A DNA stretch of 64,000 nucleotides from Bacteroidetes bacterium 37-13. Its GTDB lineage: Bacteria > Bacteroidota > Bacteroidia > Chitinophagales > LD1. The DNA lies in the NCBI GenBank assembly GCA_001897535.1, contig MKTC01000021.1, positions 24,532 through 88,531 of the forward strand, read 5' to 3'. The translations under genes and the position numbers were made by a program. The notes beneath the pieces are model-generated. The model did not search any database. It was not told the DNA's origin and saw only the letters and a list, made by a program, of their open reading frames with translations. Below, piece after piece: positions 57,341-64,000 of the stretch. The first letter of the stretch is position 1. Each line of letters begins with the position of its first letter.

Positions 57341-57423
57341 GTAAATTATTGTTTGTTTTATTGAATGTTTATTGATTGTCATTTAATTGTAAAGCAATTT
57401 GCCAATACGTGCCATATAGAAAT

Positions 57424-57771
57424 TTAGCTTGCTAATGCTGCTACTTTTGCACTTGTGAAAGATTTAGTGGAAGAGCTTATTTTAGTATCGTTTTTAGTGT
57501 CAGGCGTAGTTTTTATTTTCCTGCTTCTGCGCAAATTATTTTCAGAATCGGACGAAGGCTGAGCTTCAAACTCATTTTCTAATATCTTTATTGCATTGTT
57601 TATATCGGCAATCCGCTTTTTGTATTTAGCAACTTCTTCGGGCATGTGAATGCTTTTTACATTCAAATATTTAAGCCACTGCTGCAAACAGTCTTTTTGT
57701 TTACATAAAGTTGCTAATGCAAAATTTTGCTCGGTAGAAATTTGCTCTAAAGAATACATTCCGCTTGCCAT
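57424..57771 (-). CDS. Hypothetical protein
   Basis: 115 aa with a helical N-half and a Ser/Thr/Lys-rich tail. No family recognised. Confidence 0.45.
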   Translation of the reverse strand: MASGMYSLEQISTEQNFALATLCKQKDCLQQWLKYLNVKSIHMPEEVAKYKKRIADINNAIKILENEFEAQPSSDSENNLRRSRKIKTTPDTKNDTKISSSTKSFTSAKVAALAS

Positions 57772-57924
57772 CTTTTTTATTTAGACTTAATCTAATTAAA
57801 CGCAAACTTAATTATACAATACTTATTGCCAAATATTGTAGCAAAAAAATGCTGAATAATTTCGGGTAAAAGCTAAACAGAAGCACTTTTCTGAAAAAAA
57901 TTTACGAAAGATTAAATTTGCCTC

Positions 57925-58836
57925 ATGAAAGAAATTACCCGCAAAAGGATAATGTTCATTATCAACCCAATTTCGGGAGTGGCACGCAAAGAAGGTATTC
58001 CTGAGCAAATTGCGCGGTTTTTGGATTATGTGCAATACGATTTCACCATTCGCTACACGCAATATGCCGGACACGCCACCGAAATTGCAAAAGAAGCTGT
58101 AGAAGATGGCTATGAGGTTGTTTGTGCTGTTGGCGGAGATGGTTCTATAAATGAAATTGCTCAGAGTTTGGTAAATACTCAAACTGCATTGGGAATAATT
58201 CCTTTTGGTTCCGGAAATGGTTTGGCTTCGCATCTTTCCATTCCGGCACGCAACGCACAAGGGGCTATTGATGTGCTGAACAATTCTAAACCTATAATGA
58301 TAGATGCAGTGAGTACCAACAAAGGTTACTTTTTTAGCTGTGCCGGTTTCGGTTTAGATTCTTCGGTGGCGCGAAGATTTAAGCATCACGCTATTCGAGG
58401 ATTTTTATCGTATGTGTGGGCAATTATTTCGGAATTGTTTTTTTACTTCATTCCATTTCATGCAAAAGTAAAAATAGATGAAGTGGAAATAGAACGCGAC
58501 TTCTATTTGTTTACTGCATTTAATGCCAACCAATACGGATATAATTTCGGTCCGTTTCCTTTCACAAGTTTAAAAGATGGCTTGCTCGATGTGATTGTGA
58601 TAAACAAATTTCCACTTTGGAAGTTACTCTATATCTTTTTTTGCCTTGCGCTAAAACGTGCCGATTTAATTAAAGAAGCAGAAACTTTTAGAGCGAAAAA
58701 AATTGAAATAAAAGGCGACCCAAAGCGCGTGTATCAATTCGATGGCGACCACTTTATTTTTCATGACGATTTGGTAATGGAAATTGAGCCGCAGTGCTTA
58801 AAAGTGCTTGTTCCTGAAAAGCTGAATACACTCTAA
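57925..58836 (+). CDS. Diacylglycerol-kinase-family lipid kinase (YegS/BmrU-like)
   Basis: INPISG, the AVGGDGSINE catalytic-domain motif, and GIIPFGSGNG. Confidence 0.85.
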   Translation: MKEITRKRIMFIINPISGVARKEGIPEQIARFLDYVQYDFTIRYTQYAGHATEIAKEAVEDGYEVVCAVGGDGSINEIAQSLVNTQTALGIIPFGSGNGLASHLSIPARNAQGAIDVLNNSKPIMIDAVSTNKGYFFSCAGFGLDSSVARRFKHHAIRGFLSYVWAIISELFFYFIPFHAKVKIDEVEIERDFYLFTAFNANQYGYNFGPFPFTSLKDGLLDVIVINKFPLWKLLYIFFCLALKRADLIKEAETFRAKKIEIKGDPKRVYQFDGDHFIFHDDLVMEIEPQCLKVLVPEKLNTL

Positions 58837-58961
58837 TTTCCATTTTAATATTGACCAAATTATTAAGCAAAACAGTTGCTTTTCACAACTTTTGGTGTGT
58901 ATGTTTCGTTTACTTAATAGTGGCTTAGGCTATTTTTGTACATTAAGAAAAAGTGTAGGCT

Positions 58962-60260
58962 ATGAGTAAGACAAAATATAGTTGGCTTTGGAGTTTGGTA
59001 TTTGGGTTGCTACCGTGTTTTGCAAATGCACAAGGAGCGCCACTTTCTCCAGATGTGTTGAAGTATATTGAAAAGTTCAAAGAAATTTCTCAAGAAGAAA
59101 TGCTGCGTGCAGGCATTCCTGCAAGTATCACTTTGGCGCAAGGTATTCACGAGTCGAATATGGGAAAATCGGTTTTGGCAACTGATGCAAATAATCACTT
59201 CGGAATTAAATGCCACAAAGAGTGGACTGGTGCCGGTTACACTTACGATGATGATGCTAAAGATGAATGTTTTAGAATTTACAAATCGGCTGAAGAATCT
59301 TATCGCGACCATTCAGATTTTCTTACTTCAAGGCCGCGTTATGCCAATCTTTTTACTTTAGATAGAACCGATTACAAGAGTTGGGCTTATGGACTTAAAG
59401 CTGCGGGTTATGCCACCAACCCAAAGTATCCTGAAATTTTAATTAAGCTAATTGAAAATTATAACTTGCACGATTATGATGACTTGAAAAATTTTGTTGC
59501 CCAAAAGCAACAAACTACACCTGCTACAAACCAAGCAACTGCAAACACACAAGTAAAAACAGAAGTATTGGAGTTTCAAGAAAAAGGCTCGTTTAACGGA
59601 GTTGCTTGCATTATTGTTGATGTAAGAACAAAGCCTGAACAAATTGCAGATAAATACAAAATTAGTTTAGATGATTTGCTTTCGTACAACGAAATGGAAG
59701 AAGGCGATTGGTTTAGTGCAGGCGATAGAGTGTATTTTGCACATAAGAAAAAAGTTGGCGACACAGAATTGCATACGGTGAAAACTGGCGAAAATATGTG
59801 GCAAATTGCTCAACAACACGGTATGAAAATTCATAAGCTCTACGAAAAGAACCGTATGAAAATGAACGACCAGCCGCTTGCAGGAGAAGTAGTTTATTTA
59901 CAGCAAAAACATAGCACAGCACCGCGAACAATAGATTATGAAGCATATTTGAAAGAAACTAAAAAGAATAATGCTGAAAAAGAATTGAAAGCTGAGCAGG
60001 CAGAAAAAACAAATGCTTTGGTTGCTACAAACGATAGAATTTATGATGCCATTACATCAAAGAATTACTTTCCGCCTACCGACAAACTTGCATCAGACAG
60101 CAATAATGAAAAAGCTGTTTTGTATTATGAAGTTCAACCAAAGGAAACACTATACAGCATTGCACGCCAATTTAGCACTACCGTGCAGCAATTAAAAATA
60201 TGGAATAACTTATCTGATAGCGGATTAAAAATCGGTCAGCAAATTATAGTGAAGCAGTAA
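58962..60260 (+). CDS. Secreted N-acetylglucosaminidase-domain peptidoglycan hydrolase with LysM repeats
   Basis: Glucosaminidase block PASITLAQGIHESNMGKS...NHFGIKC...YATNPKYPE. There are two LysM-like units (HTVKTGENMWQIAQQHG; YEVQPKETLYSIARQF). Confidence 0.8.
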   Translation: MSKTKYSWLWSLVFGLLPCFANAQGAPLSPDVLKYIEKFKEISQEEMLRAGIPASITLAQGIHESNMGKSVLATDANNHFGIKCHKEWTGAGYTYDDDAKDECFRIYKSAEESYRDHSDFLTSRPRYANLFTLDRTDYKSWAYGLKAAGYATNPKYPEILIKLIENYNLHDYDDLKNFVAQKQQTTPATNQATANTQVKTEVLEFQEKGSFNGVACIIVDVRTKPEQIADKYKISLDDLLSYNEMEEGDWFSAGDRVYFAHKKKVGDTELHTVKTGENMWQIAQQHGMKIHKLYEKNRMKMNDQPLAGEVVYLQQKHSTAPRTIDYEAYLKETKKNNAEKELKAEQAEKTNALVATNDRIYDAITSKNYFPPTDKLASDSNNEKAVLYYEVQPKETLYSIARQFSTTVQQLKIWNNLSDSGLKIGQQIIVKQ

Positions 60261-60270
60261 AAGGATTTTA

Positions 60271-61179
60271 CTACATCATTTTAGTGCGCTTGAGCAAAAA
60301 TGTTTGCAGTATTTTCTCGTAACTGCTATTGGTATCTGCCTCTACAAATTCAATTTTATATTGCCCACATTTTAATTTTAGTTGGGTGTAAAAATTATTG
60401 ATGTGGTTTAAGTAAAATGCTTTCACCTCACTCGGTTGAAGTTTTAAATCTTCACCACTTTCTAAGTCCACAAACTTGTACGGTCTGTTTTCAAAATTGA
60501 AATCAAGTTCTTTTTGTTTGTCTGCAACATGAAATAAAATCACTTCGTGTTTGTTATATTTTAAATGTTGCAAAGCACTAAATAAATCGTCCTCATTTTC
60601 ACCGTCAAACATGTCGCTGAAGATAATTACCATACTTCTTTTGTGAATGCTTTCAGCAATTTGATGCAAGCATTTTGCAGCATTTGTTTTTTGTTTTTCC
60701 GGTTGATTTTGCAGTAAACTTTCCAAATGAGCAAATAGCATTTGCCGATGTTGCAATCCGGCACGAGCAGTGGTGTTTATTATCACATTATCGCTAAAAA
60801 TACTCAAGCCTGCTGCATCACGCTGCCGCTGCAAAAGGTTGATAATACTTGCTGCAGCTACTACCGAAAAGTATAACTTGGATTGCTTTTTTTCTCCATC
60901 GCTCACGAGGTTCATAGATGAAGAAGCATCAATAATAATTTGGCAGCGCAAATTGGTTTCTTCTTCATAGCGCTTCACAAACATTTTTTCGGTTCGTGCA
61001 AAAACTTTCCAATCAATATTTTTAGTTGGCTCACCGGGATTGTACAAACGATGCTCTGCAAACTCAACAGAGAAGCCATGAAAAGGAGATTTGTGTAAAC
61101 CAATAATAAAGCCTTCAACTGCTTGTTTTGCCAAGAGTTCAAGATGGCTTATGTTATTTGTTTGTTGGCTAAGTTGCAT
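60271..61179 (-). CDS. DUF58 (vWA-like) protein
   Basis: HKSPFHGFSVEFAEHRLYNPGEPTKNIDWKVFARTEKMFVKRYEEE and IIIDASSSM. Confidence 0.8.
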   Translation of the reverse strand: MQLSQQTNNISHLELLAKQAVEGFIIGLHKSPFHGFSVEFAEHRLYNPGEPTKNIDWKVFARTEKMFVKRYEEETNLRCQIIIDASSSMNLVSDGEKKQSKLYFSVVAAASIINLLQRQRDAAGLSIFSDNVIINTTARAGLQHRQMLFAHLESLLQNQPEKQKTNAAKCLHQIAESIHKRSMVIIFSDMFDGENEDDLFSALQHLKYNKHEVILFHVADKQKELDFNFENRPYKFVDLESGEDLKLQPSEVKAFYLNHINNFYTQLKLKCGQYKIEFVEADTNSSYEKILQTFLLKRTKMM

Positions 61180-61202
61180 GTGCCGAAAATAGTTTAAAAA
61201 AG

Positions 61203-61230
61203 AAAAGTTGCCGTTTTAGTGGCAACTTTT
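61203..61230 (-). terminator. Rho-independent terminator after the hemD-like gene
   Basis: AAAAGTTGCC pairs with GGCAACTTTT (10 bp). A T-run follows on the minus strand. Confidence 0.65.
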
Positions 61231-61258
61231 TCTATTTTTTATCACAATAGCTTTGCTG

Positions 61259-62194
61259 CTATTTTGAAGTTTCTTTTAAGTAGTTTTCTAATGCTACAAC
61301 AATGCTTGGTTGGCTTTTTAATGGTGCCATAAGTTGCAGTTCTAATCCGGCATCAATAATTGCATCTGCCGTGGTAGTACCATACACGCCCCATTTAATT
61401 TTGTAGCTTTTAAACTTTGGAAAGTTTTGTTGCAAAGAAGCTACTCCCGATGGGCTAAAAAACAATACCATATCAAACTTTTCAATATTAAACTGCTTTA
61501 GGTTTACCGCCACTGTTTTATACATCACTCCTTCTGCATAAGCAAAGCCATTGGCTTTCATAAAAGAAGGAATTTCATCTTTTCTGGATTCTGCGCAGAT
61601 ATATAAAAAATCAGTAGTGTCTTTATGTTTAAAAAGCAAATTGCGCAACTCTTTATTGTTGTTTTGTGACTCACCGTAAAACACTTTGCGTTTGCGGTAT
61701 TGAGTATATTTTTGCAGGTACAAAGCAATAGCTTCGGAGGTGCAAAAGAACTTGGTTTCTTGGCTCATTTTCACTCTCAATTCTTCACAAATTCTAAAGA
61801 AATGATCAATAGCATTTCTGCTTGTAAATATGATGCCGTTAAAGTCGTTTAAAGTAATTCTTTGCTTGCGAAATTCTCTTCCCGGCACACCTTCAACTTG
61901 TATAAATGGTTGAAAGTCTATGTTTACTTTATAGCGCTCAGCAAGGTCAAAATATGGCGATTTTAAACCTTCGGGTTGCGGTTGAGAAATGAGTATATTT
62001 TTGAGTTTTGTTTTTGGAGTTTTAGAAAGAAAATCTTCGTAGTTTCTTTCTCCTACCTTTTGAGGAATGATAGGTTTGTTCTGAACCTTTACAGGTTTTT
62101 CTTCTTTTGCAGGTTGAGGTGGTTTTGGAGTCTTTTTAGAAGAAGCAGCAGCGCTTGTTGAAGTCTGCTTTACAGCTGTCTTTCCCTTTAGCAA
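61259..62194 (-). CDS. hemD: Uroporphyrinogen-III synthase-like protein with a Lys/Pro-rich N-terminal extension
   Basis: The body from about aa 65 (ILISQPQP...FTSRNAIDHFF...FFSPSGV) has the two-lobed HemD pattern. Confidence 0.7.
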   Translation of the reverse strand: MLKGKTAVKQTSTSAAASSKKTPKPPQPAKEEKPVKVQNKPIIPQKVGERNYEDFLSKTPKTKLKNILISQPQPEGLKSPYFDLAERYKVNIDFQPFIQVEGVPGREFRKQRITLNDFNGIIFTSRNAIDHFFRICEELRVKMSQETKFFCTSEAIALYLQKYTQYRKRKVFYGESQNNNKELRNLLFKHKDTTDFLYICAESRKDEIPSFMKANGFAYAEGVMYKTVAVNLKQFNIEKFDMVLFFSPSGVASLQQNFPKFKSYKIKWGVYGTTTADAIIDAGLELQLMAPLKSQPSIVVALENYLKETSK

Positions 62195-62226
62195 AGCGCT
62201 GCTGCTGTCAGATTTTACCTGGTTGC

Positions 62227-62535
62227 TCAGGCGCTTTTTTTTTCAGCCTTTTTAGCAGGAGCTGCTTTTTTAGCTACCGCTTTTTTAGCAGGAGCTGCTT
62301 TTTTAGCAGGAGCTGCTTTTTTAGCTACCGCTTTTTTAGCAGGAGCCGCTTTTTTAGCTACCGCCTTTTTAGCAGGAGCCGCTTTTTTAGCTACCGCCTT
62401 TTTAGCAGGAGCTGCTTTTTTAGCTACCGCTTTTTTAGCAGGAGCTGCTTTTTTAGCTGCTGCCTTTTTAGGCGCTGCTTTTTTTGCAGCTGCTTTTTTA
62501 GGCGCTGCTTTTTTTGCTGTTGGTTTTGTTGCCAT
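62227..62535 (-). CDS. Histone H1-like Ala/Lys/Pro repeat protein
   Basis: 102 aa composed almost entirely of A, K, P and V, with AAPAKKAVAKK repeated. Confidence 0.8.
   Translation of the reverse strand: MATKPTAKKAAPKKAAAKKAAPKKAAAKKAAPAKKAVAKKAAPAKKAVAKKAAPAKKAVAKKAAPAKKAVAKKAAPAKKAAPAKKAVAKKAAPAKKAEKKSA
62254..62469. repeat. 33-bp tandem repeat (about 6 units plus one 18-bp half unit) encoding the H1-like repeats
   Basis: The unit AGCAGGAGCYGCTTTTTTAGCTACCGCYTTTTT starts at 62254, 62305, 62338, 62371, 62404 and 62437. A half unit starts at 62287. Confidence 0.9.
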
Positions 62536-62537
62536 AA

Positions 62538-63461
62538 CTAGGAAACAATTTTGGTTAACAATTTAATTAGAAGTAGCACCATTGCCGCTTCACTAATACA
62601 AACATAGATAAAAAAGTATTTGATGTTACTTGCAGTAAATTTTATAGATGTTGATAACCCTCTAATAATAAGCATTACAACACCTATCAACAAAAGTATG
62701 CAAGCAATACCAAAGGCGAAAACAAAATATTTTTTGTTGCCTGCAAACATAAACAACACAACCGGAAGCATTGTAATTCCTAATACTTGCAAGGTTTTGT
62801 AGAAATGAAATTTGTAAAGAGATAATATTTCTTTAAGAGGAAAAGTGAATGAAAGAAGGTTGAATAAAAATGACTTCAAGAACAAAAATGATGTGAATAA
62901 AATAACAAGTAGAACAGTTGTAATTGATGCTTGTGATGCATGAGATGGAAAAAAATATTGCGCTGAAAATTGAATAAAGAACACGCTGCATAGAACAAAA
63001 TTTGCAGTGAGTAAAAATGATGCAACTGAAAAAGAATCTGTTTGTGTTCTATAAATTTGCATCGCTCTATTACTACTTGAAATAGAATATATCAACTCAT
63101 CGAAGTCGTTGCTGTACGCCAATCTTAGGTATGTAAGCAAAAGTAATAGCAACATAATTATTGCAAACATTCCAAGGTTATTTTCTGTTATTCGCTTCTG
63201 TTGAATATTAAAAAGTGAAGGCGAATTTTTTCTTGCCCAACTAAAAATATTATCTGCAAAATTTGTGTGTGCAACAAGTGATGCAGAATCATTTTTTATT
63301 TTCTCTTGTACTAAAATTTTATTCAATGAATCTCGCATTACAATTTGCAGTGAATCCGGTTCGCTAAAAGTTGAATCGGCTGAAATGCTTGTGCTATCAA
63401 GCTGTGCAAGAAGTTGAAACGAAAATAGAATAGTAAGAAAAGAAGTAAGGATTGTTTTCAC
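62538..63461 (-). CDS. DUF4271-like polytopic membrane protein
   Basis: Signal/TM start followed by 5-6 TM helices. Its stop lies 2 nt from the H1-like start. Confidence 0.6.
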   Translation of the reverse strand: MKTILTSFLTILFSFQLLAQLDSTSISADSTFSEPDSLQIVMRDSLNKILVQEKIKNDSASLVAHTNFADNIFSWARKNSPSLFNIQQKRITENNLGMFAIIMLLLLLLTYLRLAYSNDFDELIYSISSSNRAMQIYRTQTDSFSVASFLLTANFVLCSVFFIQFSAQYFFPSHASQASITTVLLVILFTSFLFLKSFLFNLLSFTFPLKEILSLYKFHFYKTLQVLGITMLPVVLFMFAGNKKYFVFAFGIACILLLIGVVMLIIRGLSTSIKFTASNIKYFFIYVCISEAAMVLLLIKLLTKIVS

Positions 63462-63487
63462 TAAAAGTTATCTGCTGCAAATATTCA

Positions 63488-64000
63488 TCAAAAATAATTG
63501 GTATAACCAAAATGTATTTTGCTGTTTTTAAAACTTACTTTCTCATTGTGCTTTTGCCCGAGCGCGTATGTGATTCCAAAAACGCCAATCTTAGTTTCTA
63601 AAGAAACGCCTGCACCAAATCCAAATGGAAAATCTATTTTATTACTCGCTGCTTGTTGCACAACACCTACATTAAAGAAAGTAAAGAAGAAAGCATTTTT
63701 TGAGAGTAAGTATCTATACTCTAAGTTAGCAATTCCATAGTATGGCGTAATGATTGATTCTTCTGTAAAGCCGCGTAGCGTATTCATTCCACCGATTCTG
63801 TATTTTTCATTTTCAAAAACCAATGCACTATAAAAGTACTTTGCTTTAAGCGAAGTGAGTATGGTCATGCGCTTATGAATTTTCCAAAATTTATCGAGCG
63901 AAAGCCATAACGAAAATTGAAAATTTTGTTTGCCGATACTATCATATAAATAGGAAAAAGTTTCTCCGCGTTTTTCATCCATTAAATTATTGATAAGCGA
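63488..64000 (-). CDS. Omp85/BamA-family outer-membrane protein, C-terminal part (gene runs off the right edge)
   Basis: The frame stays open to nt 64000 upstream of the track Met. The C-terminal barrel block is RIGGMNTLRGF...FFDAG-like FFNVG...GFGAGVSLETKIGVFGITYA, ending in an aromatic residue. Confidence 0.7.
   Translation of the reverse strand, partial: SLINNLMDEKRGETFSYLYDSIGKQNFQFSLWLSLDKFWKIHKRMTILTSLKAKYFYSALVFENEKYRIGGMNTLRGFTEESIITPYYGIANLEYRYLLSKNAFFFTFFNVGVVQQAASNKIDFPFGFGAGVSLETKIGVFGITYALGQKHNEKVSFKNSKIHFGYTNYF

Noticed and set aside
57823-58260. A 145-aa minus-strand ORF overlapping the start of the lipid kinase gene.
   Set aside because: It is antisense to a well-supported DAGK-family CDS. 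Its sequence is Cys/Phe/Asn-rich and looks non-protein-like.
62254-62469. Regularly spaced 33-bp repeats that could be mistaken for a CRISPR array.
   Set aside because: The units are directly tandem with no unique spacers. They lie wholly inside a coherent ORF encoding an AKKAAP-type repeat protein.
62155-62541. A 128-aa Ser/Phe/Cys/Arg-rich plus-strand ORF.
   Set aside because: It is the antisense reading of the Ala/Lys repeat gene. Its composition is an artefact of the repeat.

Overview
This 64-kb window looks like chromosomal DNA from a Bacteroidota genome. The evidence is a T9SS C-terminal sorting domain, TAnnTTTG-type -7 boxes, an ExbB-ExbD-ExbD-TonB cluster, and DUF4271/DUF4783/DUF4856-type genes. 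It is densely coding, with about 55 CDS and 2 tRNAs, mostly housekeeping: aroC, acs, nadC, nuoABCD, lipA, uvrC, thrC, tig, mtaB and tag. I saw no rRNA, CRISPR array or recognisable IS/transposase. All calls come from reading the ORF translations and the DNA by eye; no BLAST or HMM search was run.

Five things stand out:
1. A 1339-aa single-chain Type IIG restriction-modification gene (27858-31877) carries a complete DUF559/Vsr-like endonuclease module between its methyltransferase motifs. The module is 471 bp, in frame, and bounded by two near-identical GGAGG-type palindromes. The 3' third of the same gene is much more AT-rich than the rest.
2. A 1.43-kb cassette (11517-12971) is bounded by a perfect 24-bp direct repeat that duplicates the 3' end, including the stop codon, of a metallophosphoesterase gene. 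It sits directly after nuoD.
3. A 74-aa protein consists of little more than a signal peptide, a Gly/Pro linker and an exosortase-type (PID-CTERM-like) sorting tail. It lies immediately downstream of a 1834-aa T9SS adhesin.
4. A tightly coupled DUF4856-imelysin-HTTM-TonB-dependent receptor cluster.
5. A collagen-like secreted protein and a histone-H1-like Ala/Lys/Pro protein encoded by 33-bp tandem repeats.
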